From Reclinomonas americana ATCC 50394 (taxonomy: Eukaryota), in contig PS015135.1 of NCBI GenBank assembly GCA_048213135.1, positions 56,641-111,611 of the forward strand: a DNA stretch of 54,971 bases. Direction: 5' to 3'. The notes below the pieces were generated by a model. That model saw only the letters and a program-made list of their open reading frames with translations, did not search any database and was not told the origin of the DNA. Shown here in pieces: positions 1 to 12,200 of the stretch. Position numbers and translations under genes: made by a program. The first letter of the stretch is position 1. Every line of letters starts with the position of its first letter.

Positions 1-20
1 CGTCGTCGTCGTCGTCGTCG

Positions 21-79
<59 letters not shown>

Positions 80-90
80 GGGGGGGGGGG
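1..90. repeat. Compound microsatellite (CGT)n-(GT)n-polyG, probably intronic
   Basis: Directly visible; followed by a branch-like ctcat and a cacag acceptor ending at 145. Confidence 0.95.
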
Positions 91-145
91 GGAGGAGGAG
101 TGGTGGTGGCCAGGCGTGACGGATTCTCATTGCGCGCGCGCACAG

Positions 146-2904
146 GCGGAGGAGTCGTCGGCGAATGGGGATGCGAATGGTGGTGGAGGTGGCGGGAAGT
201 TTTGGATGCGAGCGCGCAAGGCGTTTGTTTCGTCGTCGTCGGCGGCGAGTGCGAGTGGAACGCAGTCGAACTTCTCCACGATGGGAGCGAGCAGCGCCAC
301 GTCTCGATACAGCACCGATCTCATTCCGTACTCGCGTCCGCCCGTCAACACGGAGGAGTCGCGGGAGAATGAGATCACGCTGTTGCGTATTCAGGTGCAG
401 TCGTTGGAGTTGGCCAAGGCCGACATCGAGAAGGCATACACCGAACTGGCCAAGCAAAAGGCCACGCTCAATCGCAGCAAGTCGGATGTGGGGTTGGCCA
501 ACGCGCAGTTGCGCACGCAGTTGGTCGAGGAGGAGAAGAGGAATGCGGAACTGGCCGTGCGCGTGCGGGAGCTCGAGGTAGAGTCGCTCGCAGAGGAGGC
601 CTTCCGCCCGCCGCACTGCTGCGTGGTGTTGACTGTCTCCCGTTGCAGGTGGCGCTGGCGAATGCGAACGCGGCCACGGCGGCGGCAACGGCACCAGCCG
701 CGAGCGCATCTGCGGCTGCCGGCAGCAGTGGTGGTGCGGCTAGCCTGGCGGCGCTTCTTGGTCTGGGGCCGAGTGCAGGTGGGCAGGCCGCTGGGCAGGC
801 CAGTGCCGATGAGTTGCTGAGATTACGCGAGGAGAACCAAGTTCCGTGTCTGTCTTTGTGAGCAGAGTGTTGTCGATTTTGAGCGCTCACTCTCGTCGTC
901 ACAGAAGCTGCAGCGTGCAATGGCCGCGGCAAAGCAGCAAGCCGACAAGCGTGTGGAGGACCTGGAGAAGCAGCACGAGCAGCGTCTGACCGAAAAGGAA
1001 CAGGCGCTCTCGGAGATGCGCAACGAACTGCGGGAAGCCAAGACCGACAATGAGAAGTTGCGCAAGGCGGTGTCGCACGCCGAGGCAGTCGCCGAAGAGA
1101 TTCGACAGCGCCTCCAGTCGTCGAATTCCGATGCCGCCGCCAGTCGAACGCAGGCTCACGCGGAACTCAAGTTGCGTGCCGGCTGCAGCTGGAGTCACTT
1201 ATCTTTGCTGTCTTCTCACACTGCGCTCAATGTGCAGAAAAGTGCAAGATCAGCTGGCGCAAACGAATGTTATCCTGGCCAAGCGTGAGCGAGAGCTGGA
1301 GAGAATTAGAGCTCGCCACGCTCCGCTGACGGCTGCTCGATCGCGGAGCACGTCGCGATCCAATAGTCGTCCCTCGTCTGCTAAGGTTCTGTTTTTCCCT
1401 CACTTACTCACACTCTCCCTTTCGGCTGACTAACAACGTGCCACGCACATGCACAGCCTCAAGCCACTGCGTCGTCAGCCATGGACGTGACAGATATTTC
1501 GAGCGACGAAGGCGACGTGGCCAGCATTAATAATGGCGATGTGGTCGATTTCGGAGCGCTGTTGGATGACGACGAGGATCCGGAGATTCGCGAGATTGCT
1601 CGTCTGGTGAATGCGCAATCGCGCATGGCGGCAGAGATTGGCCCCGACTTCCTCCCGCCACACATCTATGAGATCGAGGGCCACAACGGGAGCGGCCTCA
1701 GTTACCACACCACACGGCGTGGATCACCACCGCTCGCGCGACTTATCGTGTCGCCACCGAATGGCACCGGCACAGACGGCAGCGGTGCGAGCAACAGCAC
1801 ACCGGCTTCCCACGGCAGCGCCTTGTCACCGCCGTCCATGGCCGGGCGCGGCGGCATTTCCACGTCGTCGCTGATGCTGAGTCCGCCGTCGGAGGGTGAG
1901 AAGTCGAGTGCCTCGAGTGCCTCGTCGGGACGTGGCTCGGCGCACAAGTACGAGGTCATTGAGGCCGGTGGCGAGACTGTCAGCGTGCCTGTACGACCGC
2001 TGCCAGTGCGACGTGCTTTTTCGGCCCGCAATGTCTCGCCGACTCGCCTCTTCACCAACACCGCCGCCGCCAATGGTATTATCGGCGGCAAGCAGGCCGC
2101 TGCGCTGACACGGCGCGAGAGCGCGCTGATTGCTGCCTATGGACCCCCTGTCGCTGCATCTCGAACCAACAGTTCCAAGTCAACCAGCACACGGAAAGGT
2201 GCCACCCTTCTCCCCTCTGTCCTTTTCTGCTCGTGTCGCTGACCGCGCCTTGCCAGATTCAACCAGCAGTGATCGATCGTCGTCAACGGGCTCACGGCCG
2301 CGGTCCGCTCAGTCACGAGAGCGCGAGCGCCACGGCAGCTTGCCTGTGAATCAGGTGGCGGATGTGCCCGCCGGCACGCGTGCCTTGCAGCGGAGAGTCA
2401 GTAGCGCCACGGTGCGCTCGTCGGGAGTACCGAGTGTGGCCACGGGCGGCACATCAAGTGGTTCGGCGCAGTCCATTCTCTCGAGAGCTCGCGAGGCTGC
2501 AGCTTCGGTGCAGGCCACGCATGCGCCGCTGGATGCGCCGACAGTGGAGCCCATTACGCTGCGCACCAGTGTAAATGACCTGGTGCGCATCACCAGCGTG
2601 GTGTCGGAATGGTCGCAGAAACGAACAGCGTCGGTGTTGCAGGCGTTGACTTTGAGAGTTGCGTCGAATCGGTGAGTGGGGCACGGCACAGCGATGACTG
2701 ACTCTTTGTGTGCAGGGTATCCACACTGTGAATGACGTGTTGGAGCAGTGGCGGCAGCTGCAGGCGTATGGCTTGCGACGCAAAGTTCTGCGTAGCTTGC
2801 GTGTGTCGATTGTGGACCGCCTGGACGAAAAATCGCTGGAGCGTCTGCTTCCACACCTCGCCATGTTAAGCCCAGATGGCGGCGGGGAATCGGGAGAAGA
2901 ATGA
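146..2904 (+). CDS. 5'-truncated multi-exon coiled-coil/low-complexity protein; C-terminal helical domain weakly resembles the katanin p80 C-terminal domain
   Basis: Frame-restoring GT-AG introns at 578-648, 841-904, 1171-1237 and 2658-2715; heptad-rich segments; C-terminus ITSVVSEWSQKRTASVLQAL..GIHTVNDVL..LERLLPHLAML. The 3' end is uncertain (2904 to ~3194). Confidence 0.6.
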
Positions 2905-3120
2905 AACCTCTGGTAGTGGGTGTTACCGACGAGGATTTACCGGATGCTTGTGTTTTCTCTCTCTGCCGATATTCGGATGGCTCACAAGGCGCAGGAGTTT
3001 TATTTTACACGCTCGAGGGCTGTCATCGCACCAGCAGGTGGCCACTGCCGAGCTCGCGGTGCAGACGATTGGCATTGGTCGAGATCTCCCAGAGCACTCG
3101 TTGCACTGCAAAGGGTGAGC

Positions 3121-4910
3121 TCACTCATGCTGGGTGCACTGACAAGGGTGGGAGATTGACGCACAGTCTTCGCATTCGAGGCTGTCGCCGTTGAGTTGCG
3201 GGGCGGCAGCTGCGGCTGCACGTGCCGGTGCCGGTGGAGCTGCAGCGGGAGATGGGCGGGCACGAGGCCTCGGTGGGTGGGAAGCTGACGCACGGCGTCG
3301 GGGTGCTGGTGCGGCTGCAGGTCGAACGCGAGGCACCGGCAGCGGATAGCGTACCATGACGACCGTGCTGCTGACGGCGCCTTCGCGTGGAGGCGCATCG
3401 TCACTTTCTTCGGCAACCTCTTCCTCCATTGCCTGCTGCTGCTGCTGCTGCTGCTCACGCTCGAGATGCTGTTGTCTCCGTTGCTGACGACGTTCCTCTG
3501 CGCTGCTGACTGCGACGGCTCGCGCGTGCTGTGCACGACAGTGTCAAGACAGTGCCAGCGCGATCTCTGTGTCTCCTCATCGGTATGATTCTCACCTCTG
3601 CATCCACATCACTCTGACCGACGCACGGGCGCGGCGGCTGTCCACGTGGGCGCGGTTTGGAGAGAATCGACTCCGGCACCAGGTTCATTCGGCAGAGCGG
3701 GCAAGTGGCATGCCGAGAGTCGACCCACCTGCAGCACACATTGGTCAGTCGCCGCGCTCATCTCTCTGCAGTGGCACGGCACGCACATGTCGAGACACTC
3801 CTGTCGAGTGGAGTGAAAGAGGAGTCAGCAATTAGGTTGGTGCAGGTGCGCTGTTGGTTGTTATCACCTCGTGGAAGCGGTGCAGGCAGCGTGTCAGCAT
3901 CACTGTCTCTCCCTTTTCCATGTCGCACAGGCACACGGAGCACTGATGATCCGCTTCGCCTCTGCTAATGTCGCCTTGTGTGTACCGTGTGACGAACTGG
4001 TCGATTTCCGTCTGAATGTGCATGTATCAGTATCAATGCGTTGTCGAATGCGAACGTGCGTACGACACCGCACCTTGATGGGATCACGTTTCGGCTGCAC
4101 ACGAGCCGCTCCACTGTTCCTTGCTGGCTGCGCCACAAGTTCGACTGCGTGCTCCTCCTCCTCCGCCTCCATCGGCACTTCCAGCATTCGTCGTGGATCG
4201 ACTTCCGTTTCCACTTGCAACTGCTGAGGTCGCCACGACTGCGCCGCCCGCCTCTCTTGCTGCTCACGATTGCGACGGCGAACGGCCGATGCCGAGCGTG
4301 CGGCAGCCTCGAACGACAAGCGCGACAGCCATGCATCCACACGCGTTCGCAGTCGCAACAGGCGTCCGATGGTGTACGACTGCACGCTCGGTAAGCAGTG
4401 GGTGGGAGACGGAGGAGGAAGGGAGGAAGGGAGGAAGGAAGGAAGGAAGGGGAAAGAGAAAATGGAGGAGACCGCGCCTGCGTGGCCATTGACTACAGAC
4501 GCACCATCGGCATGTACGACCCGTATCGACTATTGGACCGCTGGCACACATCCAGTGCCTCCGTCACGTCGGTGCTCAGCTCGCGAATCGGCGCAATGCC
4601 CAGTTGCTTGAGGTGAGCAAGCGGCACGACCACCTATGCATCGCCTCAGCACCACGATCACGAGTGGGAAAGAGAGAGAGGAATGGTCACGCAACACTCT
4701 GCAAATGCTCGTTGAACTCGTTCTCGGTCATCTGGCACTCCAACGGCGGCTCTTGCTGGCCCTCTTGCAGGTGCGCTGGCTGAAGGTGCCACAAGCGGCG
4801 CTACGGGATCGGTGCGTGAGGCAAGAAGACATCGATGCTATTTTCGCACACGATCCATGATCGATTATGCAGCGCACCAGCAAGCGGATCGGAAGCTCTT
4901 CTACGTCCAT
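3121..4910 (-). CDS. RING-H2 zinc-finger E3 ubiquitin ligase-like protein
   Basis: Spliced CSVCLCDMEKGETVMLTRCLHRFHE|ECLDM|WVDSRHATCPLCR gives a full C3H2C3 RING; ATG at 4910; several GT-AG introns. Confidence 0.85.
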
Positions 4911-5062
4911 TCAATCCCGGCGAGCCGTGTACGTGCGCGTGTGTGTCTCAAGTTTATGTCTGTCTCCTCTTCTCTCTCTCGCACGGCGTGAACAAAAGAG
5001 CGGTTGGGGTTATAAATGCACAATCCAACTCGTATATTGTGGTCTCTGTTTTTGTCTCTGTT

Positions 5063-7777
5063 TTACAGCAAGCTCTTCCCGGCCGCCATGTGGTCAAAAA
5101 TGAGCATGATCACCGTCTCCAACTCGCCACGGTTGCTAATCAGCCACTCCGAGATGATGGGCGACCGATCGGCAGGGAAACCCATGTCGCACAAGTGACG
5201 GATTTGCGCGGCGTACTGGTGCGAGTGCCACGACGGAACCGGTGGTGCCGGCACCACCTCAGGCGCCACCACCACAACCACAGGTGCCGGCGCAGCCGCA
5301 NNNNNNNNNNNNNNNNNNNNNNNNNNNNNNNNNNNNNNNNNNNNNNNNNNNNNNNNNNNNNNNNNNNNNNNNNNNNNNNNNNNNNNNNNNNNNNNNNNNN
5401 NNNNNNNNNNNNNNNNNNNNNNNNNNNNNNNNNNNNNNNNNNNNNNNNNNNNNNNNNNNNNNNNNNNNNNNNNNNNNNNNNNNNNNNNNNNNNNNNNNNN
5501 NNNNNNNNNNNNNNNNNNNNNNNNNNNNNNNNNNNNNNNNNNNNNNNNNNNNNNNNNNNNNNNNNNNNNNNNNNNNNNNNNNNNNNNNNNNNNNNNNNNN
5601 NNNNNNNNNNNNNNNNNNNNNNNNNNNNNNNNNNNNNNNNNNNNNNNNNNNNNNNNNNNNNNNNNNNNNNNNNNNNNNNNNNNNNNNNNNNNNNNNNNNN
5701 NNNNNNNNNNNNNNNNNNNNNNNNNNNNNNNNNNNNNNNNNNNNNNNNNNNNNNNNNNNNNNNNNNNNNNNNNNNNNNNNNNNNNNNNNNNNNNNNNNNN
5801 NNNNNNNNNNNNNNNNNNNNNNNNNNNNNNNNNNNNNNNNNNNNNNNNNNNNNNNNNNNNNNNNNNNNNNNNNNNNNNNNNNNNNNNNNNNNNNNNNNNN
5901 NNNNNNNNNNNNNNNNNNNNNNNNNNNNNNNNNNNNNNNNNNNNNNNNNNNNNNNNNNNNNNNNNNNNNNNNNNNNNNNNNNNNNNNNNNNNNNNNNNNN
6001 NNNNNNNNNNNNNNNNNNNNNNNNNNNNNNNNNNNNNNNNNNNNNNNNNNNNNNNNNNNNNNNGTCGTCGTCGTCGTCGTAGTTGTCGATGACGATGAAG
6101 AAGCTCCGCTGTCGAATGGCTCCGGAACAACATCGGGAGACGGCGTCGTCACACGCGGCTGGTGCGCGTGAATGCGAATGTAGTGGCGGCCACCAAAGGC
6201 CTGGCCGTCGGGGGTGTGCAGGCGGAACAGGCTGCGATACTCGCCCTCCGTCGCCGGTGCACGAGTGTGGATGGTGAAGTCGGCGGACTCGCGCGGACGC
6301 AGAGCCACCGGGCACACCACGTGGATGTCGTCGACATTCTCCAACAAATCGCCACCGACCCACTTGAGATAGCACATGGCGGGCCACGCACTCTTGGCCT
6401 GCGAGAGGAGCAACGAAGAAATGAGTTCACAATCAGAGGAAAAAAAGACTCTTCAATCAAACACACCTCCTTCGGGTTGCCAATGCGCCACGTCTTGGTC
6501 ATTGGCTTGCCGCACGGCACACGCTCACCATCGCGCAGCTGCACATCGTCGACAAACTGCGCCAGCGGCAGCGACGGCGACACCACAAACGAAGCAGAAT
6601 CCGACATGCCCGTCTGCGACGACGACAGAGAACGCTCCATCAGCGTGCTCACGGCCGGCGCGCCCTCCGGTCCATTGTCGACCAGCACCCAGCTGTCCAG
6701 CAGACTGCCGCTCATGGCGTCCTCACCCGCGGGAGCAGCAGCAGAGGACGACGATGATGAGCCAGAAGATGCGAAAGCCTTTTCGCTCTCCTCTTCCTCC
6801 TCCTCCTCCTCGTCCAGCACCTCATTGTGCTGCGCAGCCATGGTCTTGTCGAACTCGAAGCACGACTGGAACATGACGGGCGACTCGGGCGCCTCCACAG
6901 CGACCGCAGGCACCACATCGTCCACCTCCACCGGCGGCGGCGAGTTCACCACACCCATCACTGGCGGATCCGCAAACGACACTGTGCGTGGCGAGGCAGC
7001 AGCCGGCGGCACACGAGCTGCTGCTGCCACAGTGTGTGACGAAGACGGCTCTGTCGTCGCTGTAAGAACAGTCGGCGCCCCCTCGTACACATTGGAGAGT
7101 TTGACCGAGCCGTCCGGGAACAAGTCCACCTCCAGGGTCACATCGCGCCCCGCACGCACCAAGTGCCCCATCCACGGCTCCACCAGACTGGCCACGGCCG
7201 GCATCCCGCGCAGCCGCTCCAAGAAGCACGCCGATCTCGGCGGCGATGGCGGGAAGCGCGCTGCCTGGCACGGTGGAGAAGGCGATCTGTTGTGCTGCGC
7301 AGCAGCAGCAATAGGCGAGGTCCGCGCACTCGTCGGCACCTTGTCTGTCACCGAGATCTTGATCAGCTGATCGTCGCTGTGAAGCCGCTTGGCTTCCTCC
7401 CACTGCGAGGAATCGACGATTGAGCGACGATCAACACACAACAGAGAAGCAGGTCTCTCTCTCTCGCTTGTGTTTACCTCTGCGTCAGTGGCAAACACCA
7501 CTGCGTCACCATCCGAGTCAACGTACGACAGGATAAACTCCTCTGGCAACGTGTCTTGGAAAAAGATACACAGACGATTCACCAGTTCGTCAAACGAGGA
7601 ACTGTCGCACACACACAAGGAGGGAAAGGGGGGAGAAGGAGAGGAGAGAAGGGAGCGTGAGTTGGAGGCTGTTTGGAAGAGTCCGCGTGGTGTCCCAAAA
7701 TACACACGCAACTCTCGAGGAACGCGGAAGCGGCGCACTTCGTTCTTGCTCGGCACTGAGACCTTCAGAGGCAACAT
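5063..7777 (-). CDS. NBR1-like selective autophagy receptor (PB1, FW/Ig-like and UBA domains), interrupted by a gap
   Basis: PB1 LKVSV..EVRRFRV..LSYVDSDGDAVVFATDAE; FW domain AQFVDDVQLRDGE..TKTWRIGN..WP..GEYRSLFRLHTPDGQAFG; UBA QIRHLCDMGF; LIR-like DSWVLV. Confidence 0.8.
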
Positions 7778-8474
7778 GTTCTGTGTGTGTAGTGTGTGAT
7801 AGCGTGTGCTCGCACACTTGATTCGAGCAAAAAAGCAAAGACAAAAATACAAATCCTCACAAAGCGACTCGACGCATCGATGAAACCGAACATGCAAATT
7901 GAAAGCACAATGGGAAGCTCGTCTTCGCGCCAAAGTGTGTGCGCCGGTGCTCCAAACATCACAGGTAAGAGGGGGTGGAGAGAGACAATCAACCGCCATC
8001 GACAAGTCGACAAGTCGACTCGTCGACGTTGATGTTTTTGGCGTGCAGGCTGCCGGAGGAGAAGTCGCGGATCGCGCATAGGAATGACAAGTGATCATTG
8101 TGCACGCAATATGGCCATGAAAGCGCAGAGGTTTGTGCTTTTTTTATAATCGACGTCGTGGACTTTTGCTGCAGATCCACGCGCTGACAGCTCGCCGGGA
8201 AGCTGCGAAGAGGAAAAGGGATGTATTAGACGTGTGACTATGAGCATGCCTTCATCGACGCGGACCACCTGTTGCAGCTGCATGACTGAACGTCGCAAGG
8301 CTCGATATTGCGAAAATAATGATTGCATTTTCCTTGCACAGCGGGCTCCGCTGTTCGCTCCACACGCAAATATGAGTGCCCCACCTGCACACAACAGCAA
8401 CGGCACAAAAGACAGAGAAAATATGCGACTTGTCCTGTCAACCGTTGAAACGGTTGCTTGTCAATACAACAAAA

Positions 8475-9118
8475 ATGTCATTTGACGCCTTTCTCGACGG
8501 TCAGTCACTCCCCTCTCCCCCTCTCCACACGCTCCCTCTCTCACCACACACCACACAGGCCCCTTTGGCAGCCCACCACGCAAGAAATGGTCATCGCCTT
8601 CCTCACCCGGCGGCGGTCGCCTGAAGACCGGCGCCAGTGGCACCGGCGGCATTCCCTCCTTCATGATGCACCACCACCACCCATCACACCACTCACGCCA
8701 CGCGAGCATTGGCACCAGCAGCGGTGGCAGCGGCGGTAGTCCCAGTCATGAAATGCGTCCACGATCAGCATCGCATCATCATCATCATGCGAGAAATCTC
8801 TCTGCGCCGTTCTTCTCCGTCACTGCGGCAGCAACGGCGGCAGCTGGGGATGTGACGTCACCGCGAGTCGCGTCGCCGTCGCCGTTGTTGCCGGCGACGG
8901 CGGCGGCGACGGCGGTGGGGCTGTTGAGTCGAGGCGCGTCATCGTCGTCGCAATTGTCGCCGGCGAGGGCGGTGGCGGTGATGAATAGTGCATTGTCGCC
9001 GCAGAGGTTACGGTAAGGAGGGGGAGGGAAAGAGGGAGATGAGGGGAGATAAGGGGAAGGGAGGGAGGGAGGGAGAAGGGAGAGAGACAACAAGAGAGAC
9101 TGAGAGAAAGAGACAGAA

Positions 9119-9156
<38 letters not shown>

Positions 9157-9177
9157 AGAGAGACCGAGAGAGAGACC

Positions 9178-9222
<45 letters not shown>

Positions 9223-12200
9223 AGGAGANNNNNNNNNNNNNNNNNNNNNNNNNNNNNNNNNNNNNNNNNNNNNNNNNNNNNNNNNNNNNNNNNNNNNNNN
9301 NNNNNNNNNNNNNNNNNNNNNNNNNNNNNNNNNNNNNNNNNNNNNNNNNNNNNNNNNNNNNNNNNNNNNNNNNNNNNNNNNNNNNNNNNNNNNNNNNNNN
9401 NNNNNNNNNNNNNNNNNNNNNNNNNNNNNNNNNNNNNNNNNNNNNNNNNNNNNNNNNNNNNNNNNNNNNNNNNNNNNNNNNNNNNNNNNNNNNNNNNNNN
9501 NNNNNNNNNNNNNNNNNNNNNNNNNNNNNNNNNNNNNNNNNNNNNNNNNNNNNNNNNNNNNNNNNNNNNNNNNNNNNNNNNNNNNNNNNNNNNNNNNNNN
9601 NNNNNNNNNNNNNNNNNNNNNNNNNNNNNNNNNNNNNNNNNNNNNNNNNNNNNNNNNNNNNNNNNNNNNNNNNNNNNNNNNNNNNNNNNNNGGTGTGACT
9701 TGTGATCGCGATTGAGATAGAATGAAAGAAAGAAAGAGAGAGAGCGAGAGAGACTCTTACTCAATAACGATCTGTGATACTGAGAGGGTGTGCAGTGATG
9801 TGACTTGTGACAGAACGAGACGGAGAAAACTTGTTCTCTAGCATGCTCTGTGATACTATCGCAACTCATGACAGTAAGCGAGAGACGGAAAGAGAGACTC
9901 TCTGGGTCTCAAGACCAATCTGTAGCATTTAGAGGGCGTGCTGCATCGCAACTCATGACAGCGAGGGAGAGAAAGAGAGACAGCAGTGTTATCAATGATG
10001 CTGAGAGGGTGTATCATAGTGCAACTCGTGGTTTTGCATATTCGATGGTTGAAGCGAGAGAATGCGTGGGAGAAAGAGAGATTGTCGACACAGTTCTGTT
10101 GGAGCATGAGTTTCTGTACGCTCTGCGCGAGAGTGCAGAAAGCGAGCCGTCAACTATGCAGCTGGTGTGTGAGAAAGACAGGCGGTGCATCCGTAAGGGA
10201 TCAGTTCTGAGTTCAGTTCGCAGAGTGATCGAGCTTCGGCGCTCGTTCTCTCTGTTTTTTCTTCTTTCTTTCTCGATGTCTCTCTCTCTCTCTCTCTCTG
10301 TGTAACTTTCTTTCTTTGTTCCTTTTTTGTCGATTCTTTCTCTCTCGCGCTATCAGCTCTCTGCCTTTCTCGCTCTTCCCCCTCCTCTCTCTGATTCTCA
10401 CTCCCGCTCTCTTCCTTTCTTTCTCTTGTATTCTCGTTTCTCTTCCCCCTCTCCCCTCTCTCTTGCGTTTCTCTCCCTTTTCACTCACCACCGCCCTCCT
10501 CCCTTCCACAGCGGCCTGTCATCCTCCGCCAGCGCCTCGGCCCTCAGTTTTGGCTCCCCCAGCAACTCCTCGTGCCCCTCGCCCACCGGCGCCATGCTGA
10601 CCGACGTGACTGCTGGCCTCGGCGGCGATCGCTACCTCCCGCAGCGCGAGGAGAGCGGCGGGTTGGACTTGGGTGGTGGTTTTGGTGCGTCTTCTCTGCA
10701 ACCTTTGTTTCCATCCTGCTGCTGCGTGGTGATCCATGCTTGTGCAGATGTGACACCATCCACGGCCGCGGCCGCCAAGCCCTCGGCGGCAGCTCCCCAG
10801 GACGGAGTCAAGGGTGACGTCTCATTGTTCTGCATTTCCTAATTCGCTGCTGCCTGACTCTTTGCCGGTGCAGACGAATCCGACACCATGTACGAGCACC
10901 TCTTGTTTACTGAATTCCTGGGCAAGTCGTCGCCCGGCGCCGCACTCCTGTCCTACTCGTCCNNNNNNNNNNNNNNNNNNNNNNNNNNNNNNNNNNNNNN
11001 NNNNNNNNNNNNNNNNNNNNNNNNNNNNNNNNNNNNNNNNNNNNNNNNNNNNNNNNNNNNNNNNNNNNNNNNNNNNNNNNNNNNNNNNNNNNNNNNNNNN
11101 NNNNNNNNNNNNNNNNNNNNNNNNNNNNNNNNNNNNNNNNNNNNNNNNNNNNNNNNNNNNNNNNNNNNNNNNNNNNNNNNNNNNNNNNNNNNNNNNNNNN
11201 NNNNNNNNNNNNNNNNNNNNNNNNNNNNNNNNNNNNNNNNNNNNNNNNNNNNNNNNNNNNNNNNNNNNNNNNNNNNNNNNNNNNNNNNNNNNNNNNNNNN
11301 NNNNNNNNNNNNNNNNNNNNNNNNNNNNNNNNNNNNNNNNNNNNNNNNNNNNNNNNNNNNNNNNNNNNNNNNNNNNNNNNNNNNNNNNNNNNNNNNNNNN
11401 NNNNNNNNNNNNNNNNNNNNNNNNNNNNNNNNNNNNNNNNNNNNNNNNNNNNNNNNNNNNNNNNNNNNNNNNNNNNNNNNNNNNNNNNNNNNNNNNNNNN
11501 NNNNNNNNNNNNNNNNNNNNNNNNNNNNNNNNNNNNNNNNNNNNNNNNNNNNNNNNNNNNNNNNNNNNNNNNNNNNNNNNNNNNNNNNNNCCGGTCAAGT
11601 CACCGCAGCGCGCGTCGCCATTCTCCCTCTCCCCTGTGGGCTCGCCGACCACGTTGCGTCGTCCCTGTGTATGATTGATTGCTGCAAGTCTTTCAGCTCA
11701 CTCCTCGCCCCCCCCCCCCCCCAGACAAATGCGCAAGAATGCCAAGACGCACCGCAAGATCCCAATGTCGCCGTACAAGGTGCTGGACGCGCCGTGCTTG
11801 CAGGACGACTTTTACCTCAATCTGCTGGATTGGTCGGCGCAAAATGTNNNNNNNNNNNNNNNNNNNNNNNNNNNNNNNNNNNNNNNNNNNNNNNNNNNNN
11901 NNNNNNNNNNNNNNNNNNNNNNNNNNNNNNNNNNNNNNNNNNNNNNNNNNNNNNNNNNNNNNNNNNNNNNNNNNNNNNNNNNNNNNNNNNNNNNNNNNNN
12001 NNNNNNNNNNNNNNNNNNNNNNNNNNNNNNNNNNNNNNNNNNNNNNNNNNNNNNNNNNNNNNNNNNNNNNNNNNNNNNNNNNNNNNNNNNNNNNNNNNNN
12101 NNNNNNNNNNNNNNNNNNNNNNGCTTGCCGTGGGTCTCGGCAATTCGGTGTACCTGTGGAATGCGCACACGTCGTCTGTGATGCGCCTGACGTCGTTCCG

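Noticed and set aside
7800-8400. Possible small spliced gene between the NBR1-like gene and FZR1 (acag|gtaag and gtgcag signals, GTCGAC repeats)
   Set aside because: No splice combination gave a convincing ORF
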